Below are positions 29,933 through 40,361 of a DNA stretch of 64,000 bases, piece after piece. The DNA lies in NCBI GenBank assembly GCA_035695545.1, contig DASRRV010000019.1, positions 411-64,410 of the forward strand, written 5' to 3'. The DNA comes from Candidatus Sulfotelmatobacter sp. GTDB lineage: Bacteria > Acidobacteriota > Terriglobia > Terriglobales > Acidobacteriaceae. The notes below the pieces were generated by a model. The model was given only the letters and a program-made list of their open reading frames with translations, was not told the DNA's origin and searched no databases. Position 1 is the stretch's first letter. Every line of letters starts with the position of its first letter. The translations under genes were made by a program, and so were the position numbers.

Positions 29933-32839
29933 ATGAGCAAGGTTCGAATCAACGATCTCGCCAGGGAGCTGGAAGTTAAAAGCAAAGCCATTCTCGACGC
30001 GCTACCGCTCGTCGGAGTGACGGAGAAGAAGACCCATTCCAGTTCTCTCGAGGAACATGAAGCGGAAAAGGTGCGTCAGCACATCCGTGGCTCGTCCGAG
30101 GCGCAGACGCCGTCTGCCCGCTCCGCACGTCCTCTGCGCGGCGAAGAAGAAATCAAGACCAAGATCGATTTGTCGCACATCTCCCGTCCCGGAGATGTGC
30201 TGAAAGCCATTACGCAGCAGAAGGAAGCCGTGGTGGCTCCGCCGCGTCCCGCCGCGCCCCCGGTGGTTGCGAGGCCGGTGGTTGCGCCTCCGGTCGCAAG
30301 GCCAACTCCGCCTCCTCCGGCCGCTCCGCTTCCAACTCCGGTCGCGCCTGCGGCTCCTGCTACCCCGGCACAATCCGCAGTCGTTGCGCCGGTTGAAAAG
30401 CCTGTTGCTCCAGTCGCAGCCGCGGCACCGCCAGTGGTTGCTCCACCGCGTCCCGTACCGCCGCCTCCAGCAGCGGTGGTAGCGCCGCCAGCACCGGCCG
30501 CGCCGCCAGCACCGCCGGTCACGGCATCGGCTACACCGCAGCCTCCTGCCGCCGCGCCGCGTCCGCCGGCGCCGCCTGTCGTTGCTGGACCACCGCAGCC
30601 TCCCGCGCCGCGCATGATCGTTCCTCAGACGGGACCGCGCCCCGTGTACAAAGCTCCGCCACCGAGGCCTGCTCCGCCCGCGGCTCAGACAAGCGCGCCC
30701 GCAGCCGGGATGATGCGTCCCGCGCCCGGACGTCCTGTGCCCGGACAGCCTATTTTCCAGCGCCCGCGCCCGCAAGTTCCGGGAGGTCCGCCGCGTCCGC
30801 CACTGCGTCCCGGCGAACGCCGTCCGATGCATCCTACGCGTCAGGCGCCTGCTGGCGCTCGTCCACTTGGCGTCGGTCCAGGGCTACCGCCTCCAGGACC
30901 AGCTCGTCCCGGCGCCCGTCCAGGAGCGCCCGCCCGCCGGCCCGGCCAGCGCTATGTTCCGCGTGGCGTAAAAGAAGGCCCAATGAAGGGCTACACGCCG
31001 CCGCCGCGCATGGTGGTGTCGAATGAGCCGATGCCGATCACCCGCAATATCACGATCACGGAAGGCATCAGCGTAAAAGATTTGGCGGAGAAGCTCGATA
31101 TCCGCGCGAAAGATTTGATCTCGCGTCTGCTCGGCCGCGGCGTTTTTGCCACCATCAATCAGACGCTCGATGCAGAACTCGCGAGCGAAATGGCGCGCTT
31201 CTTCGGCGCCGAAACGAACGTGATCACGTTCGAAGAGCAGGCTTCGAAAGATATTGACGCAGCTGCAGCCGCGGCTGGTGGAGAAGACTCCGCCGTCGAG
31301 GTCACGCCGCGTCCGCCGGTGGTCACGATCATGGGCCACGTCGATCACGGCAAGACCACACTGCTCGACGCCATCCGCCTGACGCATGTGGCCGAAGGAG
31401 AAGCAGGCGGCATTACGCAGCATATCGGTGCTTACAAAGTGCGCATCACCGATAAGGAATCTCCGGCGTATGGCCGCGAGATTGTGTTCCTCGATACGCC
31501 GGGTCACGAAGCGTTTACCCGTATGCGTTCCCGCGGCGCCAAGGCGACCGACATCGTCGTGCTCGTCGTCGCCGCCGATGACGGCGTAATGCCGCAGACC
31601 ATCGAAGCTATCGATCACGCGCATGCCGCCGAAGTTCCCATCATCGTTGCCGTCAACAAGATCGATAAGCCCGACGCCTTGCCCGACCGCGTGAAGAAGC
31701 AACTCGCCGATCGCGGGCTGGTTCCGGAAGAGTGGGGCGGCAAGACGGTCTTCGTCGACGTTTCGGCGAAGAAGAAAACCAACCTGAACCTGCTGATGGA
31801 AATGATTTGCCTGGTCGCAGACCTGGCGGAGTTGAAAGCCACGCCGGAACGCGCGGCAACTGGCGTGGTTCTCGAAGCGAAACTCGATCGCGGCCGCGGA
31901 CCTGTGGCCACTGTGCTGGTGCAGAACGGCACGCTCAACGCCGGCGACAACTTTGTTGTGGGCAACGTCTACGGCAAGATTCGCGCCATGTTCGACGATC
32001 GCGGTGCCGCGCTGGTAACTGCGCCTCCATCGACGCCGGTCGAAATCCTCGGCATGGAAGGCTTGCCCCAGGCTGGAGATCAATTCGTTGTGGTAGCGGA
32101 TCGCGACAAGGCCCGCGGCATTTCCGAATACCGTGAGCAAAAAGCCCGCGAAGCCGCATTGGCCAAGAGTTCGCGCGTCTCGCTCGAAGGCCTGGCCGAG
32201 CAGATCAAGACCGCCGGCACCAAGGAACTGAACATCATCCTCAAGGGCGACGTGGGCGGATCGGTCGAAGTGCTCAGCGACTTGCTCGCGAAGCTCTCCA
32301 ACGACAAAGTACGCCTCAAGCTGCTGCGTTCCGGAGTGGGCGCAATCACCGAAACCGACGTGCTACTGGCTTCGGCGTCGAACGCCATCATTATCGGCTT
32401 CAACGTGCGGCCGGAGCGCAAGGCGCAGGAACTCGCGGAGCAGGAAGAAGTCGACATCCGCCTGCACTCGATCATTTACGAACTGCAGGACGAGATCAAG
32501 CGCGCCATGAGCGGTTTGCTCGAACCGACGATCAAGGAAACGTACCAGGGCCGCGCCGAGGTGCTCGAGACCTTCCGCATCCCGAAGGTTGGGACGATTG
32601 CCGGCTGCCGCGTGACCGATGGCGTGATCAAGAACAACTCCGAAGTACGCCTGCTGCGCGACAACATGGTCGTGTTCAAAGGCAAAGTCGGATCGCTGCG
32701 CCGCTTCAAAGACGATGCCAAGGAAGTCACCAACGGCATGGAGTGCGGCATCTCGATCTCCAACTACGGAGACATCAAGGCGCGCGACGTAATCGAAGCC
32801 TTTGCCACCGAGCGCATCGCGGCGGAAGTAATCGCATAG
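29933..32839 (+). CDS. infB: translation initiation factor IF-2 (long Pro/Ala-rich N-terminal region)
   Basis: 968 aa with the G-domain [12 protein letters not shown]...DTPGHEAF...NKIDK. Confidence 0.98.
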   Translation: MSKVRINDLARELEVKSKAILDALPLVGVTEKKTHSSSLEEHEAEKVRQHIRGSSEAQTPSARSARPLRGEEEIKTKIDLSHISRPGDVLKAITQQKEAVVAPPRPAAPPVVARPVVAPPVARPTPPPPAAPLPTPVAPAAPATPAQSAVVAPVEKPVAPVAAAAPPVVAPPRPVPPPPAAVVAPPAPAAPPAPPVTASATPQPPAAAPRPPAPPVVAGPPQPPAPRMIVPQTGPRPVYKAPPPRPAPPAAQTSAPAAGMMRPAPGRPVPGQPIFQRPRPQVPGGPPRPPLRPGERRPMHPTRQAPAGARPLGVGPGLPPPGPARPGARPGAPARRPGQRYVPRGVKEGPMKGYTPPPRMVVSNEPMPITRNITITEGISVKDLAEKLDIRAKDLISRLLGRGVFATINQTLDAELASEMARFFGAETNVITFEEQASKDIDAAAAAAGGEDSAVEVTPRPPVVTIMGHVDHGKTTLLDAIRLTHVAEGEAGGITQHIGAYKVRITDKESPAYGREIVFLDTPGHEAFTRMRSRGAKATDIVVLVVAADDGVMPQTIEAIDHAHAAEVPIIVAVNKIDKPDALPDRVKKQLADRGLVPEEWGGKTVFVDVSAKKKTNLNLLMEMICLVADLAELKATPERAATGVVLEAKLDRGRGPVATVLVQNGTLNAGDNFVVGNVYGKIRAMFDDRGAALVTAPPSTPVEILGMEGLPQAGDQFVVVADRDKARGISEYREQKAREAALAKSSRVSLEGLAEQIKTAGTKELNIILKGDVGGSVEVLSDLLAKLSNDKVRLKLLRSGVGAITETDVLLASASNAIIIGFNVRPERKAQELAEQEEVDIRLHSIIYELQDEIKRAMSGLLEPTIKETYQGRAEVLETFRIPKVGTIAGCRVTDGVIKNNSEVRLLRDNMVVFKGKVGSLRRFKDDAKEVTNGMECGISISNYGDIKARDVIEAFATERIAAEVIA

Positions 32840-32842
32840 AAG

Positions 32843-32922
32843 CAGTTCTCAGTTCTCGGTTCTCAGTTCTCAGTGAACGCAACCCGGTTTTTTCTGAGAA
32901 CTGAGAACTGGGAACTGAGAAC
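32843..32922. repeat. CAGTTCT heptamer word-array hairpin
   Basis: The left arm cagttctcagttctcggttctcagttctcag pairs with the right arm ctgagaactgagaactgggaactgagaac. Ends 4 nt before the DUF503 ATG. Confidence 0.92.
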
Positions 32923-32926
32923 GGAA

Positions 32927-33217
32927 ATGCCCATCGCTTTTCTCACCCTCGAACTCCACATTGAAGCCGCTCAGTCGATCAAAGATCGACGCCAGGTCGT
33001 TCGCAGCTTGAAAGATCGGCTGCGAACAAGCTTCAACGTATCGGTGGCCGAACTCGATGCCGCTGAACTCTGGAATCGCGCTACCGTCGGCGTTGTCAGC
33101 ATCTCCAACTCGCGAGATTATCTTGATGGCTTGATGAAGAATGTTGAGCGCGCCGCGACGCGCATCGCCAACAATCACGGGGCGGAGATTTCCGACTCGT
33201 TCGTGGAATATTTGTAG
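32927..33217 (+). CDS. DUF503 (YlxP-like) protein
   Basis: MPIAFLTLELHIEAAQSIKDRRQVVRSLKDRL... matches the DUF503 pattern. It sits in the conserved slot between infB and rbfA. I prefer ATG 32927 because the ORF-track start at 32873 lies in the repeat hairpin. Confidence 0.8.
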   Translation: MPIAFLTLELHIEAAQSIKDRRQVVRSLKDRLRTSFNVSVAELDAAELWNRATVGVVSISNSRDYLDGLMKNVERAATRIANNHGAEISDSFVEYL

Positions 33218-33389
33218 CCCCGCAGCAGTACTGGTGACTTACGCAACACCTCCTAACACATTGTTACCTCCGTACTTATCCTTATTCCTTCAAACCGGAG
33301 GACAATAGCGCTGCGCTTTGGGCCGGCGGGGCCAACACTTGCATCTCATTTTCTGATATTCTCATGCGTTTTACCTGAGGTGCGGAATC

Positions 33390-33767
33390 GTGGAGAAGCG
33401 CGGGCTGAAGTACCATCGCGGGCGGGTTGGCGAGGCTCTGCGCGAGGAGATTGAAACTCTGGTGGAGGGCGAGCTGGCCGATCCGCGCATTGGTCTGGTG
33501 AGCGTGACAGCCGTTCATATTGCCGAAGACGGTCGGTCGGCGCAGGTTTGGGTCAATGTGGAAGGCGATGACGCGGATGCCGACCAGAGTCTGGAAGGTT
33601 TGGAGGCGGCCCGCGAGTACATCCGGCACGAACTGGTGGAGCGGTTGCGCCTGAGGCGTGCTCCGGAATTGTACTTCCGCCTGGATCGGGCGGAGCAGGA
33701 GAAAGCGCGAGTCGAAGAATTGCTGGCGCGGGCGAAAAAACGCAAGAAGGCTCGCAAGGGAACCTGA
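33390..33767 (+). CDS. rbfA: ribosome-binding factor A
   Basis: 125 aa, GTG start. RVGEALREEIETLVEGELADPRIGLVSVTAV is RbfA-like. Confidence 0.9.
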   Translation: MEKRGLKYHRGRVGEALREEIETLVEGELADPRIGLVSVTAVHIAEDGRSAQVWVNVEGDDADADQSLEGLEAAREYIRHELVERLRLRRAPELYFRLDRAEQEKARVEELLARAKKRKKARKGT

Positions 33768-33778
33768 CTCAGAGAAAC

Positions 33779-34744
33779 ATGGAGAGAAAACCTAACGGCG
33801 TCCAAGATGTGCTCCGGCAGATCGGACAGCATGAGCGATTCGTGCTGACCTCGCATGCCCGGCCCGACGGCGATGCCGTCGGATCGGCGCTGGCCTGCTG
33901 CCAGGTTCTGCGCGCCCTGGGCAAGCATGCCGACGTAGTTCTGCACGACGGCGTTCCCCGCATTTATCGTTCACTTCCGTTCGCCGATCAGGTGGTGCAG
34001 TCAAGCCGCGTCGTTGGAAGTTACGAAGCAGCGATCATTCTCGAGTGCGACAGCATTCATCGCACTCGGTTGGAAGGTCTGGAAGACCACGTTCTGATCA
34101 GCATCGACCACCACGTCAGCGGACGTCCCTTCGCACACGTCAACTGGATCGATCCGCACGCAGTAGCTACCGCTGAAATGGTGTTTCGCTTGGCGCGGGA
34201 AGCAGGCGTGAAGTTCTCTCCCGAGATTGCCACGTGTCTCTACACTGCGCTGATGACCGACACCGGCTCGTTTATGTTTCAAGGAACGAATGAAAACACA
34301 TTTGCCCTGGCCCGCGAGCTTGTGCTGGCGGGCGCTGATCCGGCGCACTGTGCGCGTGGAATTTATTTTGCCCACTCGGTCGCAAAGATTCGCCTGCTGG
34401 GCGAAGCGCTTCGCAACCTGAATGTGGAAGGCCACATCGGCTACGCCTGGGTCACCCAGAAACAGATGGAGCGCTGCGCGGCGCTGGAGGAAGATTGCGA
34501 AGGGCTGGTGAATTACGTCTTGTCGATCGGCGGGGTAGAAGTGGCGGCATTCTTCCGAGAGTTGCCTGAGGGACGTTATCGCGTCAGCCTGCGCAGCAAA
34601 GGCAAACTTGACGTTGCTCACGTGGCCGAGAGTTTCGGCGGCGGCGGCCACGAGTGCGCCAGTGGATGCTCGCTCGACGGCCCCCTCGCCGACGCCGTCC
34701 GCCAGGTTCTTCTCCAACTTCGCCGCGGACCTTCCGTACAATAA
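33779..34744 (+). CDS. DHH/DHHA1 phosphoesterase (NrnA-like oligoribonuclease/pAp phosphatase)
   Basis: Motifs HARPDGDAVGS, SIDHH and GGGGHECASG. Confidence 0.85.
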   Translation: MERKPNGVQDVLRQIGQHERFVLTSHARPDGDAVGSALACCQVLRALGKHADVVLHDGVPRIYRSLPFADQVVQSSRVVGSYEAAIILECDSIHRTRLEGLEDHVLISIDHHVSGRPFAHVNWIDPHAVATAEMVFRLAREAGVKFSPEIATCLYTALMTDTGSFMFQGTNENTFALARELVLAGADPAHCARGIYFAHSVAKIRLLGEALRNLNVEGHIGYAWVTQKQMERCAALEEDCEGLVNYVLSIGGVEVAAFFRELPEGRYRVSLRSKGKLDVAHVAESFGGGGHECASGCSLDGPLADAVRQVLLQLRRGPSVQ

Positions 34745-34749
34745 GGCAC

Positions 34750-34860
34750 GTTTCAAAGTTTCAAGGTTTCAACGTAAATCAGCATGGAGATGGATTATCA
34801 AGGAATCTTTAAGTGTTCCCGCTGTTGAGACCTTGCAACCTTGCAACCTTGAAACTTTGC
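34750..34860. repeat. GTTTCAAR word-array hairpin with about 50-nt loop
   Basis: gtttcaaagtttcaaggtttcaacg ... gttgagaccttgcaaccttgcaaccttgaaactttgc. Ends 6 nt before the GT39 ATG. Confidence 0.85.
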
Positions 34861-34866
34861 TTCTAA

Positions 34867-36501
34867 ATGACCAATCGCACCCGCACTGACGTGCTGCTGA
34901 TGGCCGGATTTTGCGGGTTCCTGTTTTTCTACGGCATGGGCCAGTTCGGCTTGATTGGAGCCGACGAGCCTCGCTATGCGCAGGTCGCGCGCGAGATGCT
35001 CGAGCGCCATGACTGGGTTACCCCTGTTCTCGGCGGTCATCCCTGGCTCGAGAAGCCGCCCCTCTACTACTGGCAGGCGATGCTCGCCTACTCCGCATTT
35101 GGCGTGAGCGACGTGGCGGCGCGCGTTCCTGGAGCAGTGGATGCTACGCTCCTCGTGCTGGCTGTGTATCTGTTCTTCCGTCGCTTTCGCAAGGGAGTAG
35201 AAGTTGACGCCGCGCTCATCACCGCTTCGTGCGCAGGAGTAATCGGTTACGCTCACGCCGCTTCGATGGATATGGCGCTAGCCGCGACGTTCTCCATTGG
35301 AATGCTCGCGTGGTGGGCATGGCGCGAGAGCCTGAACGAGAGCCTGAATCAGAAGCAGAATCGCGTCTATCTCGCGATGTTTTACATTTGCCTGGCGCTG
35401 GGCATGTTGGCGAAGGGACCCGTTGCACCGTTCCTGGCGGGAGCAGTCATCATATGCTTTGCGATTGCGATACGCGAATTCCGTTTGGTGTTAAGAACGC
35501 TTTGGGTGCCTGGCATCCTATTGTTCTGCGCCGTCGCATTGCCTTGGTACGTCGCGGTGCAGATGCGGAACCCGCAATTCTTTCGCGAGTTTATTCTCCA
35601 GCATAATCTCGCCCGGTTCTCCAGCGATCTCTACCATCACCGCCAGCCGTTCTGGTACTACCTGCCCGTAACTTTGCTGGCGCTGGTGCCGTGGTCCGTT
35701 TTTGTAGTCGCCGCGTTTGTTCGGACCGTGAGAATCTGGTGGAGCGAACGCAAGTCGATTCCTTCTGTGCCGGATCTTGAAATGCAGTTCAGCGTGTTTG
35801 TTTGCTGCTGGCTCGCCGCCCCCGTAGTGTTCTTCTCTCTCTCGCAGTCGAAGCTTCCGGGCTACATTCTTCCGGTGATCCCTGCTGGAGCCGTGCTTCT
35901 AGCAGAATATCTTCGCCAACATTTTGAAGAGGAAGAGTCCGCCTCCAAGTGGCTGGTGGTTGCGCACGCGCTGGTGGCCACCGCTCCCATGGTCCCAGCG
36001 CTGCTCATCGCTTACGTCGTCACCCAGCGTCGCCTGCCCGCGGGCCAACCGATGTTGGTAGCACTTGCCGTTGCCTTCGTGCTCTGCGCCGCGATTGCAC
36101 TGACGCTGGCCAGCCGCCTGCGGCTGCGCATGTTGCGCTTCGTCACCCTGATTCCAGTGGTCCTCGCAGTTGCTGCCGTGCTGAAACTCGGAACCCTCTC
36201 AATCGACCACGCACTGTCGGTCCGACCGCTCGCGATGGAGCTAGCCAGCGTGGAGACGCATCCCCTGCCGCTCGCAGTGATCGGCGTCTCCCGCGAGACC
36301 GAGTATGGGCTGACCTTTTATCGCAACCGCGCAGCTGTACGTTACGAGCGCGACGGCGTTCCGGCGGAGGAGCACCTGCTGGTTGCACCGGCAACATGGA
36401 AAGTGGAAGTGGCCAAAGAAACGTCGGGTCGGAGAGTGTCGTTTCTGGGCAATTATGCGCCCCAGAATGTCGATTATTATTGGGTGTCCGCAAAGCCTTA
36501 G
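34867..36501 (+). CDS. glycosyltransferase family 39 (ArnT/PMT-like) membrane protein
   Basis: 544 aa, polytopic, with N-terminal GADEPRYAQVAREM and LEKPPLYYW motifs. Confidence 0.8.
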   Translation: MTNRTRTDVLLMAGFCGFLFFYGMGQFGLIGADEPRYAQVAREMLERHDWVTPVLGGHPWLEKPPLYYWQAMLAYSAFGVSDVAARVPGAVDATLLVLAVYLFFRRFRKGVEVDAALITASCAGVIGYAHAASMDMALAATFSIGMLAWWAWRESLNESLNQKQNRVYLAMFYICLALGMLAKGPVAPFLAGAVIICFAIAIREFRLVLRTLWVPGILLFCAVALPWYVAVQMRNPQFFREFILQHNLARFSSDLYHHRQPFWYYLPVTLLALVPWSVFVVAAFVRTVRIWWSERKSIPSVPDLEMQFSVFVCCWLAAPVVFFSLSQSKLPGYILPVIPAGAVLLAEYLRQHFEEEESASKWLVVAHALVATAPMVPALLIAYVVTQRRLPAGQPMLVALAVAFVLCAAIALTLASRLRLRMLRFVTLIPVVLAVAAVLKLGTLSIDHALSVRPLAMELASVETHPLPLAVIGVSRETEYGLTFYRNRAAVRYERDGVPAEEHLLVAPATWKVEVAKETSGRRVSFLGNYAPQNVDYYWVSAKP

Positions 36502-36554
36502 AGCTGCCGAAGATCCTCCGGAATTGAAAAAAGCCAAGTGGCATCGAGGACTCC

Positions 36555-37082
36555 ATGATCCTGAGGGCTGTCGTTATCGCTGCGATCATCGTCGCCGTTC
36601 TTCTGCTTTTCGCTGCGACCAAACCGGCAACGCTCAAGCTGCAGCGTTCGACGGTAATCAACACTCTCCCCGAAAAAGTCTTTGCGCTGATTTACGACCT
36701 TCATCATTGGAAGGACTGGCAGCCACAAGACGAAGAAGATTCCACCCTCACGAGAACTTTCAGCGGTCCGGCATCGGGTGTAGGCGCGGCCTCGGAGTGG
36801 GATAGTCGCGGCAAGGCGGGCAAAGGACGGATGCTCATCACGGAATCCCAGGCACCCAACCGAATTGCAGTAAAGGTAGATTTCGTGAAGCCGTTTGAAT
36901 CTCACAATCTCAACGAGTTCACCCTGGAACCTGACCCAGCTTCGACCAAGGTGACTTGGTCCTGGCAAGGACAGAATCTTTGCTTCATGAAGGTCATGGG
37001 CATTTTCGGGAGCATGGACAGGATGATCGGGAAGCACTTCGATGACGGCCTGGCTGGACTGAAGACGTACGCTGAAAAATAG
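36555..37082 (+). CDS. SRPBCC-family (polyketide cyclase/dehydrase-like) protein with N-terminal TM anchor
   Basis: 175 aa. The sequence pattern is typical of SRPBCC lipid-binding fold proteins, recalled from memory. Confidence 0.65.
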   Translation: MILRAVVIAAIIVAVLLLFAATKPATLKLQRSTVINTLPEKVFALIYDLHHWKDWQPQDEEDSTLTRTFSGPASGVGAASEWDSRGKAGKGRMLITESQAPNRIAVKVDFVKPFESHNLNEFTLEPDPASTKVTWSWQGQNLCFMKVMGIFGSMDRMIGKHFDDGLAGLKTYAEK

Positions 37083-37139
37083 CTGCCCCGCGTCGGACTG
37101 TCCCTCTGAAAAATCTGCCGGTTCTGCGAGACGACTCTT

Positions 37140-37739
37140 CTACTCCTCCGAGTATGCCAACTCCTCCAAGGCCTGTCGCGCAGGAGCCCCCGCCAGCGCA
37201 GCGTTCCCGTACTCGAATCCCTTCTCAAACGCTTTCAAATTCAACTCGCGGAAACTCGGTGGCACAGAATCGGCGACAGCTTTGCGCACGGCGTCGGCTG
37301 TCAGAAGCTTGGTGACCGCCGTGAAGAATCCCACCATCACCGAATTCAGGACCATGCGTTTTCCCAGTTCTTCGGCGATGCGCGTTGCGGGAATGCTGTA
37401 AACCTTCTTGTCGTGATTGAGGTTCGAGACGCGCACCAGATCCTCCTCCACGATCAGAAGTCCACCCTGCTTCAGTTCCGGCGCGAAACGGTTGTAAGCT
37501 TCCTGTGACATCACGACCATGATGTCGGGCCGGGTCAGGTACGGATACAGCACCGGATTGTCGGAGAGAATCAACTGCGCGCTGCACGCCCCGCCGCGCG
37601 CCTCCGGGCCGAAGTTCTGCGTCATCGTGGCGAAGCCGTTTTCGTAAATCGACGCCGCTTTGCCCAGCACAATCGCCGAGAGGATGACCCCCTGGCCTCC
37701 GAAGCCTGCCACGCGGATTTCTGTTAACCGCATACGCAC
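37140..37739 (-). CDS. korC: 2-oxoacid:ferredoxin oxidoreductase, gamma subunit
   Basis: 199 aa, IRVAGFGGQGVILSAIVLGKAA is typical of the gamma subunit. Last gene of the delta-alpha-beta-gamma cluster. Substrate specificity is not established. Confidence 0.88.
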   Translation of the reverse strand: MRMRLTEIRVAGFGGQGVILSAIVLGKAASIYENGFATMTQNFGPEARGGACSAQLILSDNPVLYPYLTRPDIMVVMSQEAYNRFAPELKQGGLLIVEEDLVRVSNLNHDKKVYSIPATRIAEELGKRMVLNSVMVGFFTAVTKLLTADAVRKAVADSVPPSFRELNLKAFEKGFEYGNAALAGAPARQALEELAYSEE

Positions 37740-38605
37740 TCCATTTCTGGCGCTGCGATATATCGCTCGCCCAGCGATTCCACATACTGCGCGCGCATCA
37801 TGGTTTGATAGTCGGGCCGGTCGCGGTCCACGAACTTGCCCACCGCAATTTCTCCGTTGAGCGTGAGCCCCACTTCGCTGGTGGGCGCGCCGTGCTTCAC
37901 TTTACTTTTCTCCTTGTAAAACTTCATGGTGTCGAGTCCATCGCCCATCTTGTTGCGACGTTGGTAGAGCGTCGGGCATGGCGAAATGACTTCGATGAAG
38001 GAGAATCCCTTTTTCTGGAACGCTTCGCTGATCGAGCGCGCCAGTTGCCGCACGTGGAAGGTCGTCCAGCGGGCGACATACACGGCGCCCGCGGCCTCGA
38101 CCAGATGCGGCAGGTTGAACGAAGGTTCAAACGTTCCGTAAGGATTCGTCGATGTGGTCGCATGGCCCGGAGTGGTCGGTGCAGTCTGGCCGCCTGTCAT
38201 CGCATAAATCAGGTTGTTCACGCAGATGACTTTCAGGTCGATGTTGCGCCGCGCCGCGTGAATCAGATGGTTCCCGCCGATCGCCGACAAATCTCCATCG
38301 CCCGAGTACACGACGACGTTCAGCTTCGGGTTCGCCAGCTTCAGGCCAGTCGCAAACGGGATCGCGCGTCCGTGAGTCGTGTGAAACGAATCGAGCTTCA
38401 CATAGCCCGCTACGCGCCCGGTGCAGCCGATACCCGAGACCAGAGCTAGAGTCTGGAGATCGATCTTTGATTCGATCAGCGCATGGGCAAAGGAGTTCAC
38501 CGTGGTGCCGATGCCGCATCCCGGGCACCAGATGTGCGGCATGCGGTCGCTGCGCAGAAACTGCTCTACGGGATTGACGGTGTCGTCATTCAGAACATTC
38601 AGCAT
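37724..38605 (-). CDS. korB: 2-oxoacid:ferredoxin oxidoreductase, beta (TPP-binding) subunit
   Basis: 293 aa with WCPGCG and GDGD TPP-binding motifs. Confidence 0.92.
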   Translation of the reverse strand: MLNVLNDDTVNPVEQFLRSDRMPHIWCPGCGIGTTVNSFAHALIESKIDLQTLALVSGIGCTGRVAGYVKLDSFHTTHGRAIPFATGLKLANPKLNVVVYSGDGDLSAIGGNHLIHAARRNIDLKVICVNNLIYAMTGGQTAPTTPGHATTSTNPYGTFEPSFNLPHLVEAAGAVYVARWTTFHVRQLARSISEAFQKKGFSFIEVISPCPTLYQRRNKMGDGLDTMKFYKEKSKVKHGAPTSEVGLTLNGEIAVGKFVDRDRPDYQTMMRAQYVESLGERYIAAPEMECVCG

Positions 38606-39759
38606 CGGCTTGCCTCCACGATGGCGTTCAGGATTTCCTCAGGATTGTGGACTCCTCCGCCGGCGTGCGAAACGGCGTAAGTCTGCGCTTTTCCGCCCGC
38701 AGCGCGCTCGACCTCGCGCACCATCTGTCCCAGGTTGAGCTCGGGCATAACAAACGCCTTAACGTGCGCGGCCAGATCCGCAATCTTCTTGTCGGGGAAG
38801 GGCCACGCCGTGATGATCCGAAGTTTCCCGACTTTCATGCCGCGATCGCGCGCCATGTCGATGGCTCGCTGCGCCACTCGCGAAGTGATTCCGTACGAAA
38901 CCACGACCACGTCGGCATCCCCCAGCCGATCTTCTTCAAACAGGCAAATCCGGTCGGCCGCCGAGCGAATCTTGTTCTGCAGGCGCCGCACCAGTTTGTC
39001 CTGCACCGGCGGCGTCATGTTCGGATAACCCCGTTCGTCGTGCGTCAGACCCGTAACGTGGAACTTGTAGCCGTCCCCGGCGTGCGCCATCTCCGGCACC
39101 ATGTCACCGTTGGTGCCATAAGGCAGGTAGTCTTCGACCGGCTTGCGAGTGTGCTTGCGCGGTGTGACTTCGATCTGGTCGGCCGGCGGAATCACCACTT
39201 TCTCCGTCATGTGTCCGACCACTTCGTCCATCATGAACATCACGGGAACGCGAAATTCTTCCGCGAAGTTGAACGCTTTGATCGTCAGATCGAAGCACTC
39301 CTGTGGGGAGTTCGGGCACAGTGCAATGATCTCGTAATCGCCATGCGATCCCCAGCGCGCCTGCAGCATGTCGGCTTGCGCTGGAAGTGTCGGCAGCCCG
39401 GTCGAGGGGCCTCCGCGCTGCACATCGACGAATACGCACGGCGTCTCCGTCATGGCGGCGTAGCCAATATGCTCCATCATCAGCGAGAAACCGGGCCCGG
39501 ACGTTACCGTGAACGCCTTGGCGCCGCCCCATACTCCGCCTTGCAGCGCGATCGAGGCCGCGAGTTCGTCTTCCATTTGTATGAAGGTTCCGCCCACCAT
39601 GGGGACGCGCGCCGCGAACCGCTCCACCACTTCGGTCGAAGGCGTAATCGGATATCCGGCAGCAAATCTTGCACCCGCCGCCAGCGCCCCTTCGCAGCAG
39701 GCATGGTCACCGTCGAGAAAGTGGGTGCCGGTCAAAACTCCATGGGGATCCGCTTTCAT
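38599..39759 (-). CDS. korA: 2-oxoacid:ferredoxin oxidoreductase, alpha subunit
   Basis: 386 aa with an alpha-subunit-like sequence (GYPITPSTEV). Confidence 0.92.
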   Translation of the reverse strand: MKADPHGVLTGTHFLDGDHACCEGALAAGARFAAGYPITPSTEVVERFAARVPMVGGTFIQMEDELAASIALQGGVWGGAKAFTVTSGPGFSLMMEHIGYAAMTETPCVFVDVQRGGPSTGLPTLPAQADMLQARWGSHGDYEIIALCPNSPQECFDLTIKAFNFAEEFRVPVMFMMDEVVGHMTEKVVIPPADQIEVTPRKHTRKPVEDYLPYGTNGDMVPEMAHAGDGYKFHVTGLTHDERGYPNMTPPVQDKLVRRLQNKIRSAADRICLFEEDRLGDADVVVVSYGITSRVAQRAIDMARDRGMKVGKLRIITAWPFPDKKIADLAAHVKAFVMPELNLGQMVREVERAAGGKAQTYAVSHAGGGVHNPEEILNAIVEASRC

Positions 39760-40007
39760 TTCTCACCTCCGCTCGCTTTCTGCATCTTGGCTTCCGCGAC
39801 TTTGGTTCCGTTGATCGCGAAGTCGGGGCAGTACATTCCGCACAAATCACAGCCACTGCATTTTTCCGGATGCACCACGTGCGGCGGATGGTAGCCCTTC
39901 GAGTTGAAGGCGGAAGAGAGCGCCAGCACGTGCGTGGGACAAAACTCCACGCAAAAGCCACAGGCCTTGCAGCGCTCAACGACGATCGAAACACGTCCTT
40001 TTGCCAC
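39756..40007 (-). CDS. korD: 2-oxoacid:ferredoxin oxidoreductase, delta (2x[4Fe-4S] ferredoxin) subunit
   Basis: 83 aa with two CxxCxxCxxxCP-type clusters (CKACGFCVEFCP, CSGCDLCGMYCP). Confidence 0.88.
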   Translation of the reverse strand: MAKGRVSIVVERCKACGFCVEFCPTHVLALSSAFNSKGYHPPHVVHPEKCSGCDLCGMYCPDFAINGTKVAEAKMQKASGGEK

Positions 40008-40361
40008 GCGATCCCCCAGCTAAGGAGCAACAATCACTCCCAGGTAGGACTCGATTATCCGGTGGAGGCCGTGTGCGACGGTGTGACTGGCATCACAGAA
40101 CCGGGTGAGGACAGGCACGAGCGATTTTGCGCCTCGAAACCCGGGGGAAAGAGCCCTCTGCAAGCCTGATTGCAGGTCCGTGGGGCCATTTTGCTTCCCG
40201 TTCATGAGTTCGGGGTGCAAGCCTCACGGGTGACTCCTATCACTGGCAAACGTGACGGTGAGCACAAAGAAGCAACCCTCAACGCAAGCCCTCGGGTTAC
40301 ACTTTGCGGCATGTGCATCGGGGCGAGTTCGCTTCCGGTGCTCATAGACAGCGTGGAGGCC

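Noticed and set aside
30002-30832. Minus-strand ORFs of 276 aa and 179 aa (30076-30615) and a plus-strand ORF at 30267-30482, all inside infB.
   Set aside because: They are alternative readings of the Pro/Ala-rich (CCG/GCN-repeat) N-terminal region of IF-2. Their Gly/Arg-rich composition reflects that repeat rather than coding capacity.
40204-40233. A nine-codon mini-ORF (MSSGCKPHG) upstream of the MNIO cluster, considered as a possible Cys-containing precursor peptide.
   Set aside because: It is far too short, has no visible ribosome-binding site, and lies inside the open frame leading into the nucleotidyltransferase gene. The Gly/Cys tail of the adjacent membrane protein is a much better substrate candidate.
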